DNA of 64,000 nucleotides, taken from the NCBI GenBank assembly GCA_046348665.1, contig JAXMDV010000001.1, forward strand, positions 1,859,797 through 1,923,796, in the 5' to 3' direction. Position 1 is the stretch's first letter; every line of letters starts with the position of its first letter. This document shows, in pieces, positions 55,237 through 64,000 of the stretch. The notes under the pieces were generated by a model, which saw only the letters and a list, made by a program, of their open reading frames with translations, ran no database searches and had not been told where the DNA came from. Position numbers and translations under genes: made by a program. The stretch comes from Sphingomonadaceae bacterium (GTDB taxonomy: Bacteria; Pseudomonadota; Alphaproteobacteria; Sphingomonadales; Sphingomonadaceae).

Positions 55237-56580
55237 ATGCCCTCGACCTCGATCAACCGCAGCCTTTCCGCCTCGCTGGTTCTTACGCTTGCGCTGGCTC
55301 TTGCCGGGTGCGGCGCGTTTGGCGGCAAAGGCAAGCCGGCGACGCCAACCGTGGGCAATCGCATCCCGATCCTGTCCAAGGTCGATACCAGCGCCAAGGT
55401 CGATCCGGCGATCGCCGACCAGGCCGTGGTGCTTCCCCCGGCTGCCGAGAACGAGGAATGGGCCCAGGCCGGCGGCACCGCCAGCAAGAGCTATGGCAAC
55501 CTCGCGCTGGCCGCCGCACCGCAACGCGTGTGGACAGCACGCGTAGCGGGATCGACCCCCAAGCAGCGGCTGGCCGCCTCGCCGGTGATCGGTGGCGGCA
55601 TGGTCTTTGCGATGGGCACCGACGGCGTGGTCCACGCTTTCGATGCCAAGACCGGGGCCGAACGCTGGACGCAGGGCTTCCAGATCAAAGGCGACGGTTC
55701 GAGCGCGGTCTATGGCGGCGGCGCCAGCTATTCGAGCGATCGCGTATACATCACCACCGGGATGGGCGAGGTCGCGGCGATCAACGCGGCCGACGGCAAG
55801 CTGCTCTGGAAGGTCAAGCCCGCCGGTCCGCTGCGCGGCTCGCCGACCATTGCCTTCAACACCGTTTTCGTGATGACCCAGGCCAACCAGATCCTCGCGC
55901 TCAATCCCGAGGATGGTTCGCAGGTCTGGAACAAGTCTGCTTCGGTCGGGCAGACCGGTGTTTTCGGCGTTGCTGCTCCCGCGGCCGGGCAGGGCACGAT
56001 CATTGCCGGATATTCGACCGGCGAACTGATCGCCTATCGCTATGAAAACGGGCGCGAACTGTGGTCCGACGCGCTGGCGCGGACATCGCTTTCGACTTCG
56101 GTCGGCGTGCTGACCGACATCGACGCCGATCCGATCATCGATCGCGGGCGCGTCTACGCGCTGGGCCAGGGCGGGCGCATGGCGGCCTATGAACTGGTGA
56201 CCGGGCAGCGCATCTGGGAACTGAACCTGGCGGGAATCTCGACCCCGGCGGTCGCTGGTGAGTGGATCTTCACGCTGACCGACGACGGCCGCCTGCTGTG
56301 CATCGCCCGCTCGACCGGCAAGGTCCGCTGGCTGACCCAGCTCGACACCTTCCGCAACCAGAAGAAAAAGAAGAATCCGATCTTCTGGTCGGGTCCGGTG
56401 CTGGCGGGCGAAAGGCTGTGGTTCGTCAACTCGCTGGGGCAGGTCTACAGCGCCGCCGCGGCGGACGGCCAGCCCAGCCTGTTCACCAAGCTGGACAAGC
56501 CGGTTACCCTGGCCCCGGTGGTCGCGGGCTCCACCCTTTACGTCCTCGATGACGACGGCCGGATTTCCGCTTTCCGGTAA
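55237..56580 (+). CDS. bamB: Outer membrane protein assembly factor BamB (PQQ-like beta-propeller lipoprotein)
   Basis: Lipobox LALALAGCG. Repeated propeller blades (GMVFAMGTDGVVHAFDAKTGAERW, AADGKLLWK, PEDGSQVW, GRLLCIARSTGKVRW). Confidence 0.88.
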   Translation: MPSTSINRSLSASLVLTLALALAGCGAFGGKGKPATPTVGNRIPILSKVDTSAKVDPAIADQAVVLPPAAENEEWAQAGGTASKSYGNLALAAAPQRVWTARVAGSTPKQRLAASPVIGGGMVFAMGTDGVVHAFDAKTGAERWTQGFQIKGDGSSAVYGGGASYSSDRVYITTGMGEVAAINAADGKLLWKVKPAGPLRGSPTIAFNTVFVMTQANQILALNPEDGSQVWNKSASVGQTGVFGVAAPAAGQGTIIAGYSTGELIAYRYENGRELWSDALARTSLSTSVGVLTDIDADPIIDRGRVYALGQGGRMAAYELVTGQRIWELNLAGISTPAVAGEWIFTLTDDGRLLCIARSTGKVRWLTQLDTFRNQKKKKNPIFWSGPVLAGERLWFVNSLGQVYSAAAADGQPSLFTKLDKPVTLAPVVAGSTLYVLDDDGRISAFR

Positions 56581-56618
56581 ATCGCGGCCGTTACCCGGCC
56601 TTTAACCCTTCCGGGGTT

Positions 56619-57980
56619 ATGGCCGGGGCAATGACCGATCCAGCAGCCAAAGCCGCCGTGCGGCCGCCCAGCGATGTTTCCGCTGCGGTCGGCATGGTCG
56701 GGCTCGTCCCGTTGACCTGCTGGATCCTGATCTGCCATTTCTGGCCCGAACTGGTCGCCCTGTTCGATCTGCCGAGCCGGGCCGAGCGGCTGACCGGGCC
56801 CAACGCGGCGCTGGTCGGGCTGCTGGCCTGCGCCGGGCCGATGGTCCTGTGGGAAGTGCTGGTCACCAAGGTCCACCGCCGCGCATCGACCGGGATCGAC
56901 TGGGACCGCCCGCGCGCGCTGTCCGACGTGATTGAAGTGTCGATCACCAAGCTCGCGGGGCTATGGGCCACCTGGGCGATCATCGCCTTCCTCTATTTCG
57001 TCGGGCGCTGGTACTGGCAGGGGCCTTACCTCTTCGCGATGGAGGTGCTGCGCACCGCCGCCGTGCCGCTGTTCCTGCTCTCGGTGCCCTATGTGCTGTG
57101 GCTCGACCGGGTGCTGGTCGAACCGCGCGATCCCACGTGGAATTTCGGTGCACTGCTGATCGGGCGCGAGCCGTTCGATCCGGCCAAGGTGTGGATCCAC
57201 CTGCGCGCCTGGGCGGTGAAGGGCTTTTTCACCGCCTTCATGCTGATGATCGTGCCGGGCGGCTTCCAGAACCTGGTCACGCCCGATTGGGGCACTTTCT
57301 TCCTGACGCCGGTGGGTGTCTCTACCCTGCTGATCACGCTGATGTTCGTGATCGACGAACAGATCGGCTCGGTCGGCTATATCCTGACGATGAAGCCGCT
57401 CGACGCGCAGATCCGTTCGGCAAATCCCTATCTTGCCGGCTGGCTGGCGGCGCTGCTGTGCTATCCGCCATTCCAGATGATGAACCCGCCCGACCGGCCG
57501 CTGTTCTACCTCACCGATACCTGGGGCGACGATACCTGGTTCCATGTCCTTGGCGGCAACGCGGCGCTGCTGTGGATCTGGGGTAGCTTGCTGGTCTTCC
57601 TGACCGCGGCCTATGCCTGGGCCACCGTGGCTTTCGGGATCCGCTTTTCGAACCTGACCTATCGCGGGGTGCTGACCAATGGCCCCTACGCCTTCACGCG
57701 GCATCCGGCCTATCTTGCCAAGAACGCGTTCTGGTGGTGTGCTTCGATGCCGTTCATGGTCTCGACCGGTTCGCTGGCCGAAGGCGTGCGCAACGCGTTT
57801 TTCCTTGGCTGCGTCAGCGCGATCTATTTCTGGCGCGCCAAGACCGAGGAGCGGCACCTGCTGGCGGAAGACCCGAAATACGCCGAATACCACGCCTGGA
57901 TGAGCCGCCACGGCGCGATCACCGCGCCGCTGACCCGGCTGGGCGCGGCGCTGAAAGGGCGCCGCCGCGTGATCGAATAA
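56619..57980 (+). CDS. Polytopic membrane protein with a C-terminal ICMT/phospholipid-methyltransferase-like domain
   Basis: 453 aa. C-terminal part: LTNGPYAFTRHPAYLAKNAFWW...YFWRAKTEERHLLAEDPKYAEYHAW (RHPxY...EE..L pattern). Confidence 0.6.
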   Translation: MAGAMTDPAAKAAVRPPSDVSAAVGMVGLVPLTCWILICHFWPELVALFDLPSRAERLTGPNAALVGLLACAGPMVLWEVLVTKVHRRASTGIDWDRPRALSDVIEVSITKLAGLWATWAIIAFLYFVGRWYWQGPYLFAMEVLRTAAVPLFLLSVPYVLWLDRVLVEPRDPTWNFGALLIGREPFDPAKVWIHLRAWAVKGFFTAFMLMIVPGGFQNLVTPDWGTFFLTPVGVSTLLITLMFVIDEQIGSVGYILTMKPLDAQIRSANPYLAGWLAALLCYPPFQMMNPPDRPLFYLTDTWGDDTWFHVLGGNAALLWIWGSLLVFLTAAYAWATVAFGIRFSNLTYRGVLTNGPYAFTRHPAYLAKNAFWWCASMPFMVSTGSLAEGVRNAFFLGCVSAIYFWRAKTEERHLLAEDPKYAEYHAWMSRHGAITAPLTRLGAALKGRRRVIE

Positions 57981-57990
57981 CGCCAGGCCG

Positions 57991-59361
57991 TCAGAAGCTC
58001 AGTTCGTAGATCCGGCTGATATCGCCGCCCCATTCGCCGTGATACTTGTCAAGCAGCACCTGCGCGGGAACTTTGCCGGTGCGGACGATCTCGTCCAGCG
58101 GATTGAGGAAGCCGGCTTCGGTATCGCCCATCGAATTGAGCCGGCTGCGCGAATTGAGCCCGGCGCGACTGATCGCCAGCACTTCCGCCGCGATGTCGCG
58201 CAGCGTTCCGCCGCCCGGAATCGGCGCGTCGAGGCCCAGCCTGGGCACCGCCGCGCGCAGTGCCTCGCGGCCTTCCATGTCCCAGCCCTTGACCAGGTTC
58301 CATGCCGCATCGAGCGCGCCCTGATCGTAGAGCAGGCCGACCCAGAATGCCGGCAGTGCGCAGATCTTGCGCCACGGCCCGCCATCGGCGCCGCGCATCT
58401 CGAGAAAGCTTTTCAGGCGCACTTCGGGAAAGGCGGTCGAAAGGTGATCGATCCAGTCGCTTTCGCGCGGCCTTTCGCCGGGCAGCGCCGGCAGCTTGCC
58501 AGCCAGGAAATCGCGGAAACTCTGCCCCGCTGCATCGATGTATTTGCCGTCGCGGAACACGAAATACATCGGCACGTCGAGCATGTATTCAACGTAGCGA
58601 TCATAGCCGAAGCCGTCCTCGAACACGAAGCCCAGCATGCCGGTGCGGTGCGGATCGGTATCGGTCCAGATATGGCTGCGATAGGAAAGATAGCCGTTGG
58701 GTTTGCCTTCGGTGAACGGCGAATTGGCGAACAGCGCCGTTGCCAGCGGCTGAAGCGCCAGGCTGGTGCGGAACTTCTGCACCATGTCGGCTTCGCTCGA
58801 ATAGTCGAGGTTGACCTGGATCGTGCAGGTCCGCAGCATCATGTCGAGGCCGAGGTTGCCCACCCGCGGCATGTGCCGCAGCATGATCGCATAGCGGCCC
58901 TTGGGCATGATCGGCAGCTCGTCGCGGGTCTTGTCGGGCCACATGCCCAGGCCCAGGAAGCCCTTGCCGGTCTTGGCCCCGATCGCCTTGACCTGATCGA
59001 GGTGGCGGCCGGCTTCGGCGCAGGTCTGGTGGATCGTCTCGAGCGGCGCGCCCGACAGTTCGAGCTGCCCGGCCGGCTCAAGGCTGACGGTGCTGTCGCT
59101 GCCCGCCATCGCGATGACCTTGCCGCCCTCGACGACCGGTTCCCAGCCATACTGGGCAAGCGCGTTCAGCAGGTCGCGGATCCCGCCAGGCTCGTCATAG
59201 CTGGGGGCATGGTGATCGGTTGTGCAATAGACCAGCTTTTCGTGCTCGGTGCCGATCCGCCAGCGTTCGCGCGGTTTCTCACCCTTGATCATCGGGGCGA
59301 GAAGCTGCTCGCGGCTTTCGATGATCGGTTCGTTGCTATCTGAAACCTGTCTCGTGCTCAT
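57991..59361 (-). CDS. gshA: Glutamate--cysteine ligase, plant/alphaproteobacterial type (GCS2)
   Basis: 456 aa: RIGTEHEKL, VSLEPAGQLELSGAP, MLRTCTIQVNLD, FPEVRLKSFLEMRGAD. Confidence 0.92.
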   Translation of the reverse strand: MSTRQVSDSNEPIIESREQLLAPMIKGEKPRERWRIGTEHEKLVYCTTDHHAPSYDEPGGIRDLLNALAQYGWEPVVEGGKVIAMAGSDSTVSLEPAGQLELSGAPLETIHQTCAEAGRHLDQVKAIGAKTGKGFLGLGMWPDKTRDELPIMPKGRYAIMLRHMPRVGNLGLDMMLRTCTIQVNLDYSSEADMVQKFRTSLALQPLATALFANSPFTEGKPNGYLSYRSHIWTDTDPHRTGMLGFVFEDGFGYDRYVEYMLDVPMYFVFRDGKYIDAAGQSFRDFLAGKLPALPGERPRESDWIDHLSTAFPEVRLKSFLEMRGADGGPWRKICALPAFWVGLLYDQGALDAAWNLVKGWDMEGREALRAAVPRLGLDAPIPGGGTLRDIAAEVLAISRAGLNSRSRLNSMGDTEAGFLNPLDEIVRTGKVPAQVLLDKYHGEWGGDISRIYELSF

Positions 59362-59416
59362 TGCCGGAGCGCTATCGTTTTGTTTAGCGCCGCGCCAGAA
59401 AATTCGCCCTCCAAAG

Positions 59417-61840
59417 CTATTGCACGATGGCCTCGTAGGTCAGTGCAACGCTGCCTCCGGCGGCAAGCGCGGGTGCCGATCCGGCGATGTTCGAGCCGCT
59501 GGCCGATGCGCCGAACGGATCGCTTTCGTCGGCCCCGGTGTTGCCGTCGTCCTCGACCGTGGCGGCCGCGGCGCAGCTGGTCCCGGAACGCAGCGACCCG
59601 GCGACATAGCTGATCGCGGGCGGCAGGCTGTCCGCCATCTGGACCGTGCTGGCGCTGGTGTTGCCGGTGTTGGTCATCAGCACGCAGTAGCGCACCGTGG
59701 CGCCGGGGATCGCCTTGGGATTGGTGGTGCCGTTGGTGGGATCGCTGATCACGCTCGATGTCTTGGTGACCGCCATCGAGGGATAGATGATCGTCAGCTG
59801 GTAGTCCTCGACCTCGCCAAAGCCGGCCAGGCCCGAACTTGCCGCGCCGCTGGCGGACGCGAAGCGGAAGCGCGCGATCGTGGCTCCGGTCGCGGAGTTG
59901 GCCGGGGGGGTGAGCGCCAGCGCGATGGTGCCGTTTGCCGCGCCGTCGCCGTCGCCGCTGCCGCCGTCGCTGACGCTGCTGGCCACCTGTTCGCCGCTGT
60001 CGGCGAAATCGCCGTCGCCGTTGAAGTCGATCCAGGCGCTCAGCTTGCCCGGGCCGGAGACCGGAACCGAGATGCTGGTGGCCACCCCGCGAAACAGGTT
60101 GGGCAGGGTGACCGCATCGTCGCTGTCGGCGGAGGCGGTCGGGCTGTCGTAGGCGGTGCTCTCGTTGGTGAAGGCGCTGCCCATCCTGAGCCCCGCGATC
60201 GTGCGGTGACTGGCCGAACCATAGCTGGTGCCGGTCAGCGGCGCGTCCGAGAAGTCATAGGACGTGAAGATCCCGAAGGCCGCCGCGGTCCCGCCGCCGC
60301 CGTTCAGCGTGATGCCCAGCGACAGGTTCGTGGCGGTGGTTTCGACCACCGCGGTGCCGCCGCCGGCATTGCCCGGATCGTTGATGGTCACGCTGCCGCC
60401 GGCGATGCTGTAGCTGATCGAACCCTGGCTTTCGACCAGTTGCCAGGCGCTGCCATTGGTCGCCGCGACGATCGATTCGTTGGGAGAGGCGTCTTCGGCG
60501 TCGCCCAGGACAAAGCGCAAGGATACCGGGCTGGAATTGAGCGTGGCGGATAGCGCCAGGGTCAGGCTGGGATGCACGCCGTCGACACGGTTCCTGAGGC
60601 CGATCGGGTTGAGCCCGGCGTGCAGGTTTTGCAAGCTGTCGCCGCTCCAGGTGCCGACCGTATAGGGCACAATGTCGTCGCTGATGCCGCTGATCTGGCC
60701 GGTGATCGCCAGGCCGTCGCCCACGTTCCAGCTCTTGGTCACGGTCGCGCCCTTGTTGAACACCGTCACCCCGCCGCAGCTCCAGTCGAGCCAGAAGATC
60801 TGGCCCTTGAAGGAACTGGTCCCGCTGGCGGCATAGCCCGAACCGGTGGCCGTGCTGCCTGCCGGACAGGCGATGGTATTGGCGCCGACGGTGATGGTCC
60901 GGCTGGCGTAGTCGTCCTCGCTGGTGACGCCGTTGTTGACCGTGGAATCGGGATCGGGATGCGACGATGCGGTGATCTGCGCCACATTGGTCACGCTCGA
61001 TCCGACCGGAGCAGCGGCGTTGACCGTGATCGTCAGGCTGGCCGAGCCGCCCGCGGCAATGCTGCCCACGGTCCAGACGCCGGTCGCCGAATTGTAGGTG
61101 CCGGTGCCGGCGGCGCTGACGAAACTGGCCCCGCTCGGGAGCAGATCGCTCACCGTCACCCCGGTGGCGGTTGCGCTCGACGTGGACGAATTGCTGGCGG
61201 TAAGGGTGTAGCTGTAGCTGGTGCCATAGGTCGGCGAGGCGGTCGACGCAGTCATGCCCAGCGACAGGTCGGCCAGCGCCGTGCCGGTGATATAAAGGTC
61301 GGCGCGCGTGAAGGTGCCCACGTCCTGCGCACCGTCGTCGCAGATCGTCAGCGTCCACGTGCCCGCCGAATTCTGCCCGTTGAAGGCCGAAAGCGCGTTC
61401 TGCGGGCGATAGCTGTGCGAATAGGGCGGCACCGCCGCGGTCGAATCCGCGAGGAGGCTGGGATGACTGGCGATCCCCAGCAGCGCCGAATCGTCGAACA
61501 GGTCGGACAGGTTGTCGCCGCTGCCGCCGGTCGCACTCATCAGCGTCACGCTGGTCCCCTGCGGCGAAGCCAGCGTGATGATCAGATCGCCGCGAAAGGT
61601 GTGGAGCAGGGCGATGCCGATGTTCACATCGGTGATCGCATAGCCGGTCGGGACGGTGAACGTGCGGGTCAGCGCGCTTGCCGTGCCGCAGCTTATATCG
61701 GTAATCGCGCCGCCGGTTGCGTTGGAATACTGGTTGGAAACCTGGGCCCGGGCCGGCATGCCCAGCAGCAGTGCGGCAAGCAGCGACGCGGCCAGCGCCA
61801 GGGCGCGCGACAGGCCGCGTTTTGTAAGGACAGCATCCAT
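59417..61840 (-). CDS. Large secreted multidomain surface protein (P-domain-like, DUF11-type repeats, GEVED-type module)
   Basis: 807 aa. Signal peptide MDAVLTKRGLSRALALAASLLAALLLGMPARA. Modules: ITDVNIGIALLHTFRGDLIITLASPQGTSVTLM (P-domain-like), VTVSDLLPSGASFVSAAGTGTYNSATGVWTVGSIAAGGSASLTITV (DUF11-like), and AWIDFNGDGDFADSGEQ...GFGEVEDYQLTI (GEVED-like). Confidence 0.8.
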   Translation of the reverse strand: MDAVLTKRGLSRALALAASLLAALLLGMPARAQVSNQYSNATGGAITDISCGTASALTRTFTVPTGYAITDVNIGIALLHTFRGDLIITLASPQGTSVTLMSATGGSGDNLSDLFDDSALLGIASHPSLLADSTAAVPPYSHSYRPQNALSAFNGQNSAGTWTLTICDDGAQDVGTFTRADLYITGTALADLSLGMTASTASPTYGTSYSYTLTASNSSTSSATATGVTVSDLLPSGASFVSAAGTGTYNSATGVWTVGSIAAGGSASLTITVNAAAPVGSSVTNVAQITASSHPDPDSTVNNGVTSEDDYASRTITVGANTIACPAGSTATGSGYAASGTSSFKGQIFWLDWSCGGVTVFNKGATVTKSWNVGDGLAITGQISGISDDIVPYTVGTWSGDSLQNLHAGLNPIGLRNRVDGVHPSLTLALSATLNSSPVSLRFVLGDAEDASPNESIVAATNGSAWQLVESQGSISYSIAGGSVTINDPGNAGGGTAVVETTATNLSLGITLNGGGGTAAAFGIFTSYDFSDAPLTGTSYGSASHRTIAGLRMGSAFTNESTAYDSPTASADSDDAVTLPNLFRGVATSISVPVSGPGKLSAWIDFNGDGDFADSGEQVASSVSDGGSGDGDGAANGTIALALTPPANSATGATIARFRFASASGAASSGLAGFGEVEDYQLTIIYPSMAVTKTSSVISDPTNGTTNPKAIPGATVRYCVLMTNTGNTSASTVQMADSLPPAISYVAGSLRSGTSCAAAATVEDDGNTGADESDPFGASASGSNIAGSAPALAAGGSVALTYEAIVQ

Positions 61841-61893
61841 GCCGCCCTTTTGCCGCCAGCGTGGCTAATGGCCCTTTGCCCGGCGCCTAGGTA

Positions 61894-62658
61894 TCAATCC
61901 GTGGTTTTGCCCCAATCGCCCGCAACCCCCATCCACAGCGCCGTGCCGGCGATGGCGGCGGTTTCCCCGCGCAGGATGCGGGGTCCAAGGGTGATCGCGC
62001 GGGCCTGAGGCAGTGCCCGCACCGCCTTGCGCTCGGCCTCGTCGAATCCGCCTTCGGGGCCGGTCAGCAGCGCGGCGGGGCCTTGATAGACGCCGAACTG
62101 GCGCAGCGCTTCCTTGCCGCCCAGCTCATCGGCAAAGAACAGCGCGCGGGCGGGATCCCAGCTGCTCAGCAGCGCGTCGAGCTTCACCGGCGCCAGCAAC
62201 AGCGGCAGCGCGGTGCGGGCGCACTGTTCCGCCGCTTCGGTCAGCACCGCGCGCGCGCGCTCAAGGTTGAGCTTGTCGGCCACGCAGCGCCGGGTCAGCA
62301 CCGGCTGGATCCGCATCACGCCCAGTTCGCAGGCCTTTTCCAGCACCAGGTCGAAGCGGTCCTTCTTGAGCAGCGCGGCGCAAAGCGTGAAATCGGGCAC
62401 GTCCTCGCGCGGACGCAGCCGGGTTTCGGCGGCCAGCACCACCTCGCGCTTGCCCGCGCTCAGCACCCGCGCGGCCCATTCGCCGGTCGCGTTGTCGCAC
62501 AGCACCACGCCGTCGCCCTCGCTCACCCGCATGACCCGCGCCAGGTAGTGCGCCTGCGGCCCATCGAGCGCCACCTGCGCGCCGGCAGACAGCTCTTGCC
62601 CCACGAACAGGCGCGGAGCGCTTTTGGGCGGCCAGGCGGGGGTGGCGGGCATGGGCAA
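61894..62658 (-). CDS. rsmE: 16S rRNA (uracil1498-N3)-methyltransferase
   Basis: PRLFVGQEL, HYLARVMRV, LLKKDRFDLVLEKACELGV, LTGPEGGFDEAE, LGPRILRGETAA. Confidence 0.88.
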   Translation of the reverse strand: MPMPATPAWPPKSAPRLFVGQELSAGAQVALDGPQAHYLARVMRVSEGDGVVLCDNATGEWAARVLSAGKREVVLAAETRLRPREDVPDFTLCAALLKKDRFDLVLEKACELGVMRIQPVLTRRCVADKLNLERARAVLTEAAEQCARTALPLLLAPVKLDALLSSWDPARALFFADELGGKEALRQFGVYQGPAALLTGPEGGFDEAERKAVRALPQARAITLGPRILRGETAAIAGTALWMGVAGDWGKTTD

Positions 62659-62696
62659 GCTCTAGCGCATTTTGCCGATCAGGCTAGATAGCCCGT

Positions 62697-63617
62697 ATGA
62701 CTACCACCGAAGTCGTCCCGGACAGCCAGCACAGCGGCCTGGTCGCAGCCCTGCCGCAGCCCCTGCGCGACTATGCCCAGCTCGCCCGGTTCGACCGGCC
62801 GATCGGCTGGTGGCTGCTGTTCTGGCCCTGCGCCTGGGGGCTGCTGCTGGCCGGCGGGATACCGACTCCGTGGGACGGGCAATGGCTCCTGCTGGGCTGG
62901 CTGCTGCTGGGCTCAATCGCGATGCGCGGGGCAGGGTGCGTCTATAACGACATCGTCGATGCCGACATCGACCGGCAGGTGGCGCGCACCGCGCTGCGTC
63001 CGGTGGCCAGCGGGCGGATTGCCAGCCGCGCGGCCTGGGCCTGGCTGGTCGTGCTGTGTCTGGTCGGGCTGGTGGTCCTGCTGCAACTGCGCCGCGAAGC
63101 GCAACTGGTCGCGCTGGGCAGCCTGGCCCTGGTCGCGGCCTATCCCTTCATGAAGCGGATCATGCCGTTTCCGCAGGCCTGGCTGGGGCTGGTCTTCACC
63201 TGGGGCGCGCCGGTCGGCTGGATCGCGCTGCGCGGCGACCGGCTCGAGGTCATGGCCGCGCTCTATGCCGGGTCGGTGCTGTGGTGCGTGGGCTATGACA
63301 CGATCTATGCCTGCCAGGACCGCGAGGATGACGCGATGGTCGGGATCGGATCGAGCGCGCTGACGCTGGGTCGACACGTCAGGACCGGGGTGGCGCTATG
63401 CTATGCCGGGGCTGTGGCACTGTGGGCGCTGGCGTTCTGGTGGCTGCGGCCGGACTGGCTGGCGCTGCTGGCGCTGGCTCCGGTGGCGGCTCACCTGGGC
63501 TGGCAAGTGCTGACGCTGGAGGACACCGACGCCGACAACGCGCTTGCCCGCTTCCGCTCGAACCGGTTTGCCGGGCTGCTCATGGCGCTGGCCTGCTGGG
63601 TGGTCGGGAACGCCTGA
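62697..63617 (+). CDS. ubiA: 4-hydroxybenzoate polyprenyltransferase
   Basis: YAQLARFDRPIGWWLLFWP, GAGCVYNDIVDADIDRQVARTALRP, GYDTIYACQDREDD. Confidence 0.92.
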   Translation: MTTTEVVPDSQHSGLVAALPQPLRDYAQLARFDRPIGWWLLFWPCAWGLLLAGGIPTPWDGQWLLLGWLLLGSIAMRGAGCVYNDIVDADIDRQVARTALRPVASGRIASRAAWAWLVVLCLVGLVVLLQLRREAQLVALGSLALVAAYPFMKRIMPFPQAWLGLVFTWGAPVGWIALRGDRLEVMAALYAGSVLWCVGYDTIYACQDREDDAMVGIGSSALTLGRHVRTGVALCYAGAVALWALAFWWLRPDWLALLALAPVAAHLGWQVLTLEDTDADNALARFRSNRFAGLLMALACWVVGNA

Positions 63618-64000
63618 TGTGCAATCTCTACCGGATGACCAAGGGCACTGCCGAAGTGGCAAAGCTGTTTGCGGTGGAACCCGATCTTGCCGCCAATTTT
63701 GGCGCCGAGGTCTATCCCGGCTATCCCGGACTGGTGGTGGCGCAGGGCCGGGCGCGGGCGATGACCTGGGGCTTTCCGCTGGTGCTGAAAGGCAAGGCGG
63801 GCCAGCCGCTCAAACCCAAGCCCGTCACCAACGCGCGCGAGGACAAGCTGCTGACGCCCTTCTGGCGCGACAGCTTCGCCGCGCGCCGCTGCCTGATCCC
63901 GGTTAGCCAGTGGGCCGAGGCCGAGGGAGAGAAAGGGGCGATGACCCGCACCTGGTATGGCCTGCCCGATGCCGAAGTCTTCGCGGTCGCAGGGCTGTGG
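63617..64000 (+). CDS. SOS response-associated peptidase (SRAP/YedK family), 5' part; runs off the right edge
   Basis: The ATG overlaps the ubiA stop by 1 nt. MCNLYRMT (catalytic Cys2), VTNAREDKL, FWRDSFAARRCLIPVSQWAE. Confidence 0.85.
   Translation, partial: MCNLYRMTKGTAEVAKLFAVEPDLAANFGAEVYPGYPGLVVAQGRARAMTWGFPLVLKGKAGQPLKPKPVTNAREDKLLTPFWRDSFAARRCLIPVSQWAEAEGEKGAMTRTWYGLPDAEVFAVAGLW

Noticed and set aside
59249-62008. Two plus-strand ORFs of 434 and 478 aa covering the adhesin locus
   Set aside because: They are antisense to the 807-aa minus-strand ORF, which has a signal peptide and recognisable P-domain, DUF11 and GEVED motifs. The plus-strand translations are low-complexity Arg/Gly/Ala strings.

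Overview
High-GC (about 65% by eye) chromosomal segment from an alphaproteobacterium. The gene content and repeat families look Sphingomonadales-like. All calls come from reading the six-frame translations and the DNA; no database search was run, so family names rest on motifs I recognise.

The window is mostly housekeeping core, with about 62 CDS and one tRNA-Val:
- uvrB (partial), a TonB-dependent receptor, and a heteromeric-type acyl-CoA dehydrogenase pair
- serC-serA-hisZ and purA; tlpA/argH-lipoprotein-lysA
- a gap-free minus-strand string: pyrE-pdxJ-acpS-lepB-AI-2E permease-DUF3089-ruvX
- the aa3 cytochrome oxidase cluster ctaC-ctaD-(hydrolase)-ctaB-ctaG-ctaE-DUF983-SURF1
- thrC, folB-moaA-moaD-moaE, rplU-rpmA, pyrC, rarD, an astD-like gene, bamB, plant-type gshA, rsmE, ubiA, and a partial SRAP peptidase gene

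I found no cas genes, integrase, transposase, reverse transcriptase or obvious defence island.

The unusual content is structural rather than a new multi-gene system:
1. A 154-nt near-perfect palindromic element lies in-frame inside a SAM-methyltransferase gene (39830-39983).
2. A ~570-bp array of five tandem hairpin units fills the divergent spacer at 49335-49906.
3. A decaying 2.2-kb islet lies next to uvrB. It holds a frameshifted DUF4258-type toxin gene, an intact HTH antitoxin, an AT-rich palindromic operator candidate, and an HTH gene broken by an in-frame TAA.
4. An 807-aa multidomain surface protein gene is wedged between rsmE and gshA.
5. At least five unrelated REP/MITE-like palindromic repeat families occupy the intergenic spacers.

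The many long ORFs antisense to real genes are high-GC artefacts and were not called.
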